This document shows, piece by piece, positions 1 through 12,247 of a DNA stretch of 64,000 nucleotides; the first letter of the stretch is position 1, and each line of letters begins with the position of its first letter. The notes below the pieces were generated by a model. It had not been told where the DNA came from. It searched no databases and saw nothing but the letters and a program-made list of their open reading frames with translations. This DNA is from Malacoraja senta (lineage: Eukaryota). The position numbers were made by a program, and so were the translations under genes. Location of the stretch: positions 186,001-250,000 of the forward strand of contig CM075995.1 in NCBI GenBank assembly GCA_038087875.1, given 5' to 3'.

Positions 1-481
1 GAGGATGCAGTGAAGATTCACCAGAATGTTGCCTGGGATGGAGCAGTTCATTTATGAGGAGAAATTGGAGAAGCTAGGTCTGTTATTGCTGGAGCAGAGG
101 TGGTTAAGAGGGACATGACTAAGCTATAAAACATTATGAGGGGCATAGAAGGAAGAAACATCTTGCTTATCAACGGCAGATAATACTAGAGGACAAGAAG
201 TAGAGGTTTAGAGGGGAGAAAACGGTGGCTTTGTTTACCCAGAGAGTAACAATTACCTGGAATGTACTGTCTAAAGACAGTGGTTAAAGCTGGGTTGCTG
301 GCAGCTTTTATGAAGCATCTAGATACTACTTGAATCACTTGGGCAATGAAGTCTATGTGCTAAGTCCCAGCAGATGAGATTAATATGGAAGGGTATCCAC
401 ACTGATCAGTGTGGACAAGTTGGACTGAATAATCTGTTTCCATGCTGCATGATTCTACGACTCTTTGACTATGTCATAGAG

Positions 482-903
482 CAGGGGTCGGCAACCTTGT
501 GCTGCATAGGGGCCAGGACGCATGTCTGTGAGCGGATGGCAGGCCACATCTATCACGTGTACACATGGATCCCGCCACCATCCCACCCCGGATGGCAGGC
601 ATCAAATCACATGTTCACATAAGGTAGACAAAAATGCTGGATAAACTCAGCGGGTGAGGCAATCCTTGCATGTCTCACCCGCTGAGTTTCCCCAGCATTT
701 TTGTCTACCTTCGATTTTTCCAGCATCTGCAGTTCTTTCTTAAACGTGTTCACAGAAGGTGCACAGCCATGCCGGCGGCTTTGCGCAGGATGCGGTACAG
801 CCAGAGCTCTGCGCTCGGCGGGCCGGATGATTACGGGGAAAAAAAATCTGCCTGCGCGCCGGATGATTTTGGGTTATGGGCCGCATTCGGTTGCCGAACC
901 CTG
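482..903. mobile_element. hAT-type MITE with a nested palindromic repeat (about 621-745)
   Basis: TIRs CAGGGGTCGGCAACC / GGTTGCCGAACCCTG. Perfect 8-bp TSD TCATAGAG at 474-481 and 904-911. Confidence 0.85.
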
Positions 904-1239
904 TCATAGAGAATAGGCTGCAGGGAAATATATAGGGGAACTAGACTAAGTGGGACCCGTTGGGTCCCATGTTCACACGGGAGGGTTGGTCCCCCAACAC
1001 AATATTCCACCTCCACCAATTCCAATATTGGTGGCCAGTGGGGGAGGGGGGGGGGGTTGTTTCTGGAGCACTAGTATGGGTGTTGTGGGCTGAAGGGACT
1101 GGTTTCCAGAGCGCTAGTATGGCCATTGTGGGCCAAATTGATTCTTAGGATGGCAGCTCAATCACTCAAGCCTGATGTGCTGGCAGCTCACTCACGGCTG
1201 GTGGGCTGGCAGTTGACTCACGGCTATTCCTTGAAATTC

Positions 1240-1722
1240 CATTTCAAGCAGGGTGCAAGGCCACCAAATTCAATTTCCTATCATTTCAAGCAGAGTGCAA
1301 GGCCACCAAATTCAAGTGCAGTTTCATACCACTTCAAGCAGGGTGCAAGGCCACCAAATTCAAGTGCAGTTTCATGCCACTTCAAGCAGGGTGCAAGGCC
1401 ACCAAATTCAAGTGCAGTATCATACCACTTCAAGCAGGGTGCAAGTCCACCAAACTCAAGTGCAGTCTCATACCACTTCAAGCAGGGTCCAAGTCCACCA
1501 AATTCAAGTGCAGTTTCATGCCACATCAAGCAGGGTGCAAGGCCACCAAATTCAAGTGCAGTTTCCTACCACTTCAAGCAGGGTGCAGGGCCAACTCATG
1601 TGCAGTTTTATACCACTTCAACCAGGGTGCAAGGCCACCAAATTCAAATGCAGTTTCATACCATTTCATGCAGGGTGCAAGGCCACCACATTCAAATGCA
1701 GTTTCATACCATTTCAAGCAGG
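1240..1722 (+). repeat. 48-bp minisatellite (about 10 copies) inside the Helitron
   Basis: Unit ccacttcaagcagggtgcaaggccaccaaattcaagtgcagtttcata. Gives the 16-aa periodicity of ORF 1126-1770. Confidence 0.9.
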
Positions 1723-2159
1723 ATGAAACCACCAGAAAACCAGCATAAAACCACACAAAACACTACATAAACACCACACACAGTTCAGTAGACATTCTGT
1801 CTTCTTCATTCATTCAGAAGAAGACATTCAGTGTGTTCAGTTGATTCACAGCTCAGACAGAGTCGTGACCTCTCCCTCCCCCATCTTGCAGAGACTGAGC
1901 CACACCCACACTTCAGGGTTTTATAATCCCTCTCCCCTCCCACCGGAAGGGTCGTGGCCTTCATAGCGTGATTGACAGGAGAGAGATTCTCAACATTTTT
2001 TAAACACTAAAAACACTTTTATTTTTCATTCATGGGAAGAATCCTCTGTACCTGATGAGCGGAGGGGGACTGACCAAAAATCACAGCCGTAAGTGGTAGC
2101 GTTTTATCTAAAATCAATATACAGTGCAAACAGGAAGTTGTCAAGTTTATACTTTTAAT

Positions 2160-2690
2160 CATTTGCCATTTCAAACCAACCACCACCAACAACCATTTGC
2201 AGTGCTTTATTTCAAACCAACCACCACCAACAACCATTTGCAGTGCTTTATTTCAAACCAACCACCACCACCATTTGCAGTGCTTTATTTCCAAACCAAC
2301 CACCATTTGCAGTGCTTTATTTCAAACCAACTGCCACCAACCACCATTTGCAGTGCTTTATTTCAAACCAACCACCATTTGCAATACTTCATTTCAAACC
2401 AACCACCATTTGCAGTGCTTTATTTCAAACCAACCACCATTTGCAATACTTCATTTCAAACCAACCACCATTTGCAGTGCTTTATTTCAAACCAAACACC
2501 ACTAACCACCATTTGCAGTGCTTTATTTCAAACCAACCACCATTTACAGTACTTTATTTCAAACCAACTACCATTTGCAGTGCTTTATTTCAAACCAACC
2601 ACCACCAACCACCATTTGCTGTGCTTTATTACAAAACAACCACCATTTGCTGTGCTTTATTTCAAACCAACCACATTTTCATTTTCAAAC
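2160..2690 (+). repeat. About 31-bp minisatellite inside the Helitron
   Basis: Unit ccaaccaccatttgcagtgctttatttcaaa with a variable number of cca. Confidence 0.9.
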
Positions 2691-4342
2691 CACATTAAGG
2701 GCACTCAAGGTCAGTAAAATCACACTCACAGTTTAGTAGAAATGTCTTCAGTGTTATTCACAGCTCAGACTGAGAGATGTTACCCTCTCGCTTCCCCCAT
2801 CTTGCAGAGACTGACTGAGGCGCTCAACACTTCCGGGTTTTATAGTACCTCCGGGTGTGACCTTCGGGAGAGAGAATCTCAACATTTTCTAAACACTAAT
2901 AACTCTTTTATTTTTCATCGATGGGAAAAATCCTCTTGTCCTGCTCAGCAGAGGGGAACTTTGAGTAAGATGGCCAAAAATCACAGCCGTAAGTGGCAGT
3001 GTTTTTTCTAAAATCAATATACAGAATAACAGGAAATGGTCAAGATCAGACTTTTAGTAATATAGATAACATTGATGGCATTGCTCTGTGACCTCGCATA
3101 GATTTAATGGGCTGAATGGCCATAGGAATATTATAGAGAGATACAACACAGAAATAGGCCTTTATGTCTACTGAGTCCACAATGACCATCGGGAAACCAT
3201 GTAGTCATTAACTTGCAGCACGCACTTTTATAATTCCCAAATTGCTAATGCCTAATTCATAATGTCTCACAGTGCGAGAGACCCGGGTTTCATCCCGATC
3301 TTGGGTGCTGTTTGTGTGGAATTTGCACGTTCTCCCTGAAATTGGGGTTTCCTCCCTCATCCCAGACATGGAGTTTCATAGGTTAATTCGCCTCTGTAAA
3401 TTTCCCTTAATGTGTAGAGAGTGGATGAGAAAGTGAGAAAACATAGAACTAGTGTGTGAAGGGATGATCAATGGTTGACATCGTCTCGGTGGGCTGAAAC
3501 ATCTATACCTTGTTCAATGCCTTTTGATATTTTGAAACAAACAAAAGCAGATGATGCTGCCTGACCCACTGAGTTCCTCAATAGGTCTGCACGAGGTCCT
3601 CTCTACTGGAGAGGTCAATACCTGCAAGGGAGGTTGAGGACAGAAGATGGAGGAAAATTGTAGACACAGGGTGGTTGAGCAGCTCAGCATCCTCTGGAGA
3701 TCATGGATGTATGAAGTTTCGGAATGGGACGTTTCTTGAGTCTCAGTCTGAAGAGGAGTTCCGATCCACAATGTTGCCGGTTTTTCTCCAGTGATGCTGC
3801 CTGATCTGCTGTGTTGCTCCAGCATTTTGTGTCTATTTTTGGTATAAATCAGCATCTGCAGTACCTTGTTTGCAAATTGTTATGAATGTTGCAGAATGAG
3901 AACCAAGTTGGCTCCAAACTTGGGCGATTCTTTGCGTGCTGGTCTCAAAGTGATTCTGCAACCATTCATTAGAATCGCTCCACTCTTTTAAATCTTTATT
4001 TATTCCCTTTATCTTGTATCTGTACACTGTGAGTGGCTCGATGTATTATCTTTTTGCTAACTGGATAGCCCAGCAACAAAAAGCTTTTCACTGTACCTCG
4101 GTACACGTGACAATAATAAAAAACAAATAAATGAAAATAATAAAAAGCAAATAACCTTTCCAGCAATATTTTTTAAATTAACCACAACGCAATGGTTCAA
4201 ATAAATTAGTTTTTAACTGAAATCAGAAAGCATTAGTTACAATTTATAAGACTACTTTGCTTATAACAATCCATCTTTTTCCTTCAGATAAAAGTCTGTT
4301 TTTATGTGATGCCATCACATTATTTATTTCCCTGAAGCAACC

Positions 4343-4482
4343 ATGAGTACTAAAGTTGATATACCAAAGGGAAAGAAGTTGAACAAATATGGAGAACTGG
4401 AAAATATTGAATTGACTGCAGAAGACTGGATTACACGTTGGGAAAAGAAACACATTGGTTTTCATAAGGATGAAATTCACAG
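4343..4482 (+). CDS. TPMT: Thiopurine S-methyltransferase, first coding exon (MSTKVDIPKGKKLNKYGELENIELTAEDWITRWEKKHIGFHKDEIH)
   Basis: ATG at 4343, acceptor AG at 4336-4337, donor GT at 4483. 140 coding nt. LTAEDWITRW..GFH matches the TPMT LTxEEWxxKW..xFH motif. Confidence 0.92.
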
Positions 4483-4760
4483 GTAAATACACATTTCCAG
4501 ACCGAAAGTTTTTGGAATTGTTCATTTTCCGCATTATCTGCATTGATTAGCAGATTGATGCATTGTTCTTTCAGGTTTAGCTAGCTGTTTCTGCGTGATG
4601 TGGTTATGTTATTTATTTTTTAAACTAATCTCAAAGGATGAGGAGAGTAAGGTGGCATGAGATGAGCTGGATACATTCACAGATAAAATTCTGGTAAAAT
4701 TATCCAGATATATGTTGTTACTGCATCAACATGTTGAGGGCTGCAATAGGTTTAATTTAT

Positions 4761-5551
4761 CGTTGGGTTCCATTGTCACACGGGAGGCCTGGTCCCCCAA
4801 CGCAATATTCCACCACTCGCCCATAGCCCCCAACTGTTCAGGCGCAGCTGACGGGTTCTCGTTGTGACACCCCTGATCCCCCTTCCTCCCCTCCCCCAAT
4901 CCCTCCCTCCCTCTCCTTTCCCCGACCCTCAGTCCCTCCCTCCCTCCATAACTCCTCTCCCCTCCCTACCCCCCTCCTATCCCACTATCCCCCACTCCTC
5001 ACCCCTTAACCCCCCCACTCACCCTCCTCCCCTCCCCCACTTTCCCCCCTCTCCCTCCCTACCCCCTCGTCTCCCTCCCTACCCCCTCGTCTCCCTCAAT
5101 CCCCCTCCTCTCCCTCAATCCCTCCAATCTCCCTCCTCACGTCCCCAGGATCTCGAGGTTGCGGCCGTCGGCTTCAGCGCCCGGCCCCGGTCTCAGCGCG
5201 GTTTCCAGGCTTACGGACTCAGCGCGGCTTCCGGGCCTCCGGCTTTATTCTCTTCACCCCGGTGATTGACATCGCGTGCCGGAAGGGGCGTCATTGTCTC
5301 GGAGAATGACAGGAGAGAAGACCAATCTTGAGACAGAAGAGGGGACCAATCTGCACATGCGCGATTTTTATGAATTTTAAACCTTAATAACATTTGTAAT
5401 ATTCCACCGATCGGAACCCAACTTGTAACACTTGCAGCACAGGAGAATGGCGAGTAAGGTGGCGTAAAATAGTAGCTCTATCGGGTACCGTTTTTTTGCA
5501 AATGTAAAAACAATGCAAACCGGAAGAGCACAAGATGAGAGTTTTAGTTAT
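4761..5551 (-). mobile_element. Truncated Helitron of a related family in a TPMT intron
   Basis: Shares cacacgggagg..tggtcccccaac.caatattccacc and caagat.aga.ttttagt with the 941-3066 element. C-rich low-complexity centre. Termini incomplete. Confidence 0.65.
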
Positions 5552-7579
5552 GGACAGACAGACAGACAGACAGACGGATGTCCTTGCTTCTACATAGGAT
5601 GAGTTTCCCTTGAAGCATTCCATTTATGGGAAAACCATTGTCCTTTTTCTTCTTTTCGTGTCTATCTTGTTACAAATGTTGACCTTGCTGTCATCGTCCA
5701 TCCTGAAAAGGACGCAAGCTTCCGGCGACAATAAGTGGAAGCCATGTTGGTAGCAGAATTAGCTCAGGATACTTCCAGTTTCCAGCCCCGCGATGTTCTG
5801 CTTTGGGGCCACCATTGTCCTGAAAGTGCTTTGATCATTGAATGTTCTTAATCATTTTATATTTCATTACAATGTAATCTTCTTGGCCTGATTTTATAGC
5901 ATGATTTGAACTGTTAAATAATTTAAATGCCAAGTTTAATTTCAGAAAATACCCTGCAATAACTCTGGCCTTGATGTCAAGTATTTGTGCGCTTTAAAAA
6001 TGGTAAACACAGATGTACTGAAATGCCGGGGTTCTCATGAAACCTAACATCAAATAAAACACTTTATGCCTTCAGAACAATAGCAAATTAATGCAGATAT
6101 CTGGTATGATTTGTTTACTCTTTAATCTGTACAGTAATGAGTCAGTACTTTCAGTGTCACTGTGTAGATGTAGAACAGAAATGAAAAATTTATTAGCAAC
6201 CTTCTTCATAGCGTCTTCCAGTGTGGAAATAAGCCCTTTGGCCCAACTTGCCCACACTGGCCAACATATCCCATCTACACTAGTCCCACCTGCCTGCGCT
6301 TGGCCCATATCCCTCTAAATCTGTCTTATCCACGTTCATCAAATTATTATTTTTTGAAATCATGAGCATATAGACAAAACCAACCGATTAATTTTATTAT
6401 TGATATCAGGTTATCAAATTCAATTTACTAACCTGATACCAGTAATATTTTATAATTAGCAAAAATAAAGATATTATGTAGTTCACCTCATTTCAATACG
6501 TTATAGGAGTAGTAGTTCTAGCTTTGCCATAGTGTGAGCTGTGACAATTAGTAATTTGTGCAATGGCAAAATGTTACTATTTGTTTTGTTTAAAACTATG
6601 TCAAAATGTATAACAAATCTATTCCCGCCAGTCTATTACCTAATTGTCATTCTGCAGGCTCCCACATTCCATGAGAATTTATTTTTGTTATTTAGCAGTT
6701 GGTTAACTTAACACTCCATTTATGGCCTTTTGTACATCCCTGTTTTAAATGAACTATCGTTGGTGACTGCTATCTCACTCCTCTGGACTTTGCTCCCTAG
6801 ATCTCTGTACGTGTTTAATAGACAATAGGTGCAGGTGTAGGCCATTTGGCCCTTTGAGCCAGCACCGCCATTCAATGTGATCATGGCTGATCATCCCCAA
6901 TCAGTACCCCATTCCTGCCTTCTCCCAATATCCCCTGACTCCGCTATTTTTAATGTTTTATGTGTCATTCCTAACTGTCACTGTATGTCACTTGCGGGCG
7001 GAGCACCAAGACAAATTCCTTGTATGCGAATACCTGGCCAATAAACTTATTTATTCATTCATTCAGCCACTTCATTTTGCGTGTTGTTAAACTTTGTTTC
7101 TGTAAAGCATCTAAAAGTATTTTACAATGATAAAGGTGCTATACAAAAATGTTATTTTTCATTGAGAATTTTTCAAACTACTGCCCCACAAAGAAGAAAT
7201 AAGAATTATTTATCCAGTTTAAGATTAATTAAATAGAATATTTATAAATGAATACTCATTTGGCATCTGAACTCCGAAAATGCCATTTTTCTATGTTGTG
7301 GGCGTGTGATTTATTTTACTCCACTGATTTCTCCTAACTGTTAATTTCCAAACCTACTTTGCATACTGGCTCTCTTCAAACTTAGGACTCACTGCTCAGC
7401 ATGTTTTGGTGATTTTCATGATTAGAAGTATTAATTCATTGAACCCTATCATCAAATTCTTAACTTGGATGGCTTTATGAAGCTGTTTTAAAAAATAAAT
7501 ATTAATATCCTATTTTAAGTTTTGAATTGTAAACAACTATCAGTGCTTATTTGTTTCTTAACTGATTGTATTTTTATAG

Positions 7580-7672
7580 ATTGTTGCAAAAATACTTGCC
7601 TAACATTCAGAATGGAAGGAAGCAAATCAGCATTTTTTTACCACTTTGTGGAAAATCATTAGATATAAAATG
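7580..7672 (+). CDS. TPMT: TPMT coding exon 2 (RLLQKYLPNIQNGRKQISIFLPLCGKSLDIKW)
   Basis: tttatag|...|gtgagt, 93 nt, phase-compatible with its neighbours. Contains the SAM-binding motif I FxPLCGK. Confidence 0.95.
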
Positions 7673-9000
7673 GTGAGTAAATTCGTGATTGAGAATTACA
7701 TTTTTAAATGTTTGGTAATTATTACTCCAGGTTATATGTTATAAAATCAAAAGGGTTCTATGATTGACTGAGGTGCGAGAGACACACGGTTGGAACACGA
7801 CATGGGTGAGGGTTGGGGTCAGAGGAGGGCAGGTGAGTGGACGAAGGCCGAGGTGAGGTCTGGTCGGGGAATAGTGGGTGTTCAGAGAGGATGAGGACTT
7901 GAGAACTATTGTATAGGTGGGGGGTGGTGGGGTATGCTGGTTGGAAGAGGAGGAAGGTGAAGACCCAATAAAACCACCACTGAGGTTGCCTGTATGGAAG
8001 AGGGTGGAGCTGTAGGACACAGGAGAGCCAGACCACGTTGTGTTGGAATCTGTAGCATGGAGACTGAGTTAGTTAGTTGAGTGTTTCCACAGTTGAGTTA
8101 GTCTCACCTGTCCCATATCCCTCTAAACTTTTCCTATCCACTCACCATGAGTCATTTAAACATTGTTATAGTGCTTCTATTTACGACATTCTCCTGCAGC
8201 TTGTTCCATGTACTCACCACCCTGAGTGTGGAAAAATTGCCCCGCAGGTTCCTATTAAAAAATTTCCCCATCTCACCTTAAACCATGTCCTCTGGTTCTT
8301 GATTCCCCTTCTCTGGGTAAAAGACTCTATGCATTCACCCTATCTATGCCCCCACCTGATTGTATTCACCTCTAGGAGATCACCCCTCAGCCTGTGCTCC
8401 TTTACCATAGAGTATTTAATATGGTTATGTCTTTTCGTTTAAATTTCTGTTAAAGAAATATATTAAGGGTTGCAGATGTTGAATGTACTTTACTGCGCAG
8501 CAGTAATAGCAAAGAAAAGAAGGAATACAGAAAATGGTTCCAGACACATTCCTTTGCACCCTTCTCGCATAGTTTTTTGAAGAGACGTCCCAAGGCATTT
8601 CACATGAGCATTGTGAAAAGAAAAGAAATTTATGGGAGTAAATAACAGAAAGTGCTGGAAACACTCTGGAGGTCAAGCCACCTATTGGGAGAAACTGCAT
8701 GGAAACAGGCCCTTCAGCCCACTGCGTCCATAGCAACCATTGATTGTTCTCACTATTTCTATATTAGCCCACTTTCTCATTAACTTCCTACTTAATAAGG
8801 ACAATTTAGGATGGCCAATTAAGCGACAAACCCATACATCTTTGGGATGTTGGGGGAAACCAGAGCACCTGGAGGAAACCAGGATTGAACCCAGGTATCT
8901 GGTGCTGTGATGCAACAATTTTAACAGCTTTGCCCCTGTGCCACCTTTGTGGAAAGCTAAGTGATTAATGTTCCAGCTGTTACCTTAGCTGCAACATTAA

Positions 9001-9723
9001 TGGGCCTGTCCCACTTAGGCAACTTTGTAGGCGACTGCAGGAGACTATGCAGTCGCCACATGTTCGCGGGTGGTTGCCAGGGAGTCGCCTTCATGGTCGT
9101 GAGGAGTTCCCGCATTCTGGGAACTAGTCGCGGCCTCGTTATGTTGAAAAATTAGCGGCGACTAGAATGAAGCCGCCATGGAGAGTAGCGAGAATTCTTG
9201 TGCCGTAGGTGGGTCGCAAGGAGGTCCTAGTGGGTAGCCAGGACGTCGAAGGTTCTCGTTAGTTCTCGTAGGTTGTACCCGGTGCTGACCGGTGAATTTC
9301 ATTGGCTCATTGGGGAAAAAAACATAAGCAGTAGTTTTCAGAACCAAGGATAACCGACCGGTAATGTTAATGTCCGCTGAGCTTCACAGCCATGTATCTC
9401 TGGCTTCTTAAAGGTTGTCTCCACTCCTTCCCCCTCCTTCTCTCCCATCTCCCCCCCTCTTTTAAAGGACTTATCGTACACTGTGCTTTAGCCGTCTTAA
9501 TTACAGCGCCAACCTTCCTGTTCATCGCAGTGTGTGTCTGTATCACCTTGGCTTTGCACCATGTGAATTTCACTCGGACAGCGTCCCCCCGCTAACCCTG
9601 TCCCCCACCTGCATAATGGGCTGGTGAAGGAAGCGATGTGTGTGTGTGTTCCACTCTGACAGTCGCCGTTCCAGTTGCCGTTTTTTCAGTCGCTTGAAAA
9701 ATTGCCTAAGTGGGACAGGCCCA
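9001..9723. mobile_element. PIF/Harbinger-type MITE
   Basis: TIRs TGGGCCTGTCCCACTTAGGCAA / TTGCCTAAGTGGGACAGGCCCA flanked by TAA and TTA. Confidence 0.75.
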
Positions 9724-10723
9724 TTATCTATCTGGTATCATTCCATAAATATTCCTTTTATTTTTTTCAACAACCCCATACCTTATCTGGGATCAAAAAC
9801 TATCTTGGTTTCTTCTGTTCATCAGGTCCAAGACAGTTCTGATGAAGGGTCTTGGACCTGAATTATTAACTGTTTCTCTTTCAACAGAAGCAGTCTGACC
9901 TGCAAACTGTTTCTAGCCCTTCCTGACATCTGCATTTTACTATTTTCACGACTTAATAAACATCTGAGACAAAACTTGCATGTGAGTTGATATAAGGAAC
10001 CTGGATCGGGTGGCGCGGACTTACCATCGCGGAGCCTGGGATCCTTTGCCGAGGATTGCCAGTGAAGGTGCTCCAACCGCGGGGCCTGTGGAATTTAACA
10101 CCATGAAGCACCGGTCTCCGATAAGAAGAAGCCGACTCGGGAACTCCATGTTCCGATCCGTCCCGACGCTGGAGTTTCCATCATCCCGACGAGAGGGCTT
10201 GAACAACGGACCGTCGGCAGCGGTAACTGTGGAGGGCTCAACGGCCCTGACCACGGGTGAATAAGGAGGAAGATGACTGAACTTTATTGCCTTCCGTCAC
10301 AGTGAGGAATGTGGATTCCACTGTGGTGGATGTTTATGTTAAACTTTATTTTATGTGCTGTGTGTATTTTTGTTTTTCACTTAGTATGGCTGTACGGTAA
10401 CTCAAATATCACTGTACAATTGGTGCATGTGACAATAAATGTGTACCTGAACTTGAATTATAGTGCGATATTGTAAAACAATTGTAAGCATTTTCAATCA
10501 CTTTTTGTTTGACTAAATGGGGAATTATTGAGCTTCATTTTATAAGCGAAACAGTTGAGCTTGTAATTTATTTCATTGATGTATATAGAACTATTGTAAA
10601 TTGGCTGCTTTTTTATCCCCACATAACCTCAAAATACTTTTGTGTGACGTCCTGGGGAATTATGTATGTAAATAAAGTTTGTTTTTTTATAGTGTTATAT
10701 CTCTTCATATACTTTCTCTCTAG

Positions 10724-10856
10724 GCTTCATGACCAAGGACATAATGTTGTTGGTGTGGAAATTTCTAAAACAGCAATTGAAGAATTTTTCACAGAGCAAA
10801 ATTTGTCCTACACGCAGAATCTGGTACCAGAAATACCAGGTGCAGAAGTATTTAAG
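10724..10856 (+). CDS. TPMT: TPMT coding exon 3 ([44 protein letters not shown])
   Basis: ctctag|...|gttagg, 133 nt. GHx[17 protein letters not shown] closely matches human TPMT. Confidence 0.96.
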
Positions 10857-12247
10857 GTTAGGGCATTTCCATTTTTCGTCATTATTTAAATTGCCAAGAT
10901 TATATTTAAGTTTGTTCTTTTATCGCAAGGAAATAATTATATTTTAATTTTGTTACAACCTCATATGTAGTTGATCTTATCTGCAAGTCAGTGTCAAATA
11001 AATTTGTAGTTTACAGTAGTACAGAATTTTGCTGGCAACATATTTACAAATGTTTTGCACAAGATCAGGACTTTAAATACTGAAGTTCTGAGCTGCTGGT
11101 TGAGCTTTGATATTCAGTATTCGGCTGCTGTCTGCATGGAGCAGAAACCTGTTGAGATTCCTCAGAGTTGACAGTGGATCTCAGATGAAGATCTGTGAAT
11201 TTACCCCCTCCCTGACTCGGTCAGATGAAGGGTTTCAACCTGAAAAGTCACCAATTATTTTTCTCCAGAGATGCTGCCTGACCCACTGAGTTACTCCAGC
11301 CTTTTGTGTCTCTTCGGCGTAAACCAGCATCTGCAGTTCCTTCTTACACATTCTGCAGCTGCAAAGAAGAATGTCAGTGTCATTTTAGCCTGAGGTTTAT
11401 GAAAACCAATATAAAACTTATGACAAAATAAAAGGAATGGCAAAGACAAATGGTTGGTTCTACTGGGTGCTATTCTTTTTAACATCTGGTAAGGTGGCTG
11501 TGGCTACAAGATACTGATTTTGAAATGTATTTATCGGCTGAAGTTGCAGTATTTCATAGGCTGCATATTGCCTTGCAATGTATAAAGTTGATGTTCCTTG
11601 TTTTTCCCATCTTTCTCCACCATTTTCCCCTACTGAGACTTCTGAGTTGTTTGATTGCACTGTTTGCTCTAGACATAAAGTGATTAAATGTTGACGATTT
11701 TGGTGGAATCAAACATTACAATTGTATAACTTAATTTCTGTAACTTGTTGTATGGTCCACTTCTTTGAGAGGAATAAGTAACTGAAGTCCTGATGTACTT
11801 TTGTTTACCTAAAGAGCAATCCTTAATTTTATATTTCTATTTTCATGCCATTTTATTCTTGATTTAGTTTTACACTTACTTAGCGTTAGCTTTCAGGATT
11901 TCATGACAAACAATGTTTTGTAACAATAATCTATGAACTTTGTAGCAACAATGTGTGATATTATTGAATTATAATATATAACTTGTTAGTATCAATTTGC
12001 CTCTGACACTCTTTCTGTGCATTTAGCAACATTCTGAGCAAAACTCACTAATACCATTTGCTAAAAGTAAAGTTTTAGTTAAGTAGCAAAAACCTAAAAA
12101 TGTACATTGAAATATATTTAAATTCAGTCCACGTAAACTTTGTGCACTATTAAATCTGTGCGGTTGTTTCATGCTGAGAACTATATTCGTAATATTATAA
12201 CATTTAACACTTAAATTTATAGGAAATAGAAACAGGGAACCATTGAT

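Larger units (their letters stand above)
941..3066 (-). mobile_element. Complete non-autonomous Helitron (about 2.1 kb)
   Basis: Minus strand starts TCTATATTACTAAAA and ends with hairpin GGGACCC-AAC-GGGTCCC then ..AGTCTAG. Inserted between A and T, no TSD. Confidence 0.85.

Noticed and set aside
1126..1770. 214-aa ORF with 16-aa repeats, and overlapping ORFs
   Set aside because: Translation of a stop-free 48-bp minisatellite inside a Helitron; open in several frames.
1240..2690. Regular repeat arrays resembling CRISPR
   Set aside because: Head-to-tail tandem units without unique spacers, no cas genes, vertebrate context.
4864..5265. Proline-rich 133-aa ORF
   Set aside because: C-rich low-complexity centre of a Helitron fragment.
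10509..10889. 126-aa ORF as a standalone gene
   Set aside because: Only 10724-10856 is a TPMT exon; the rest is intronic read-through.
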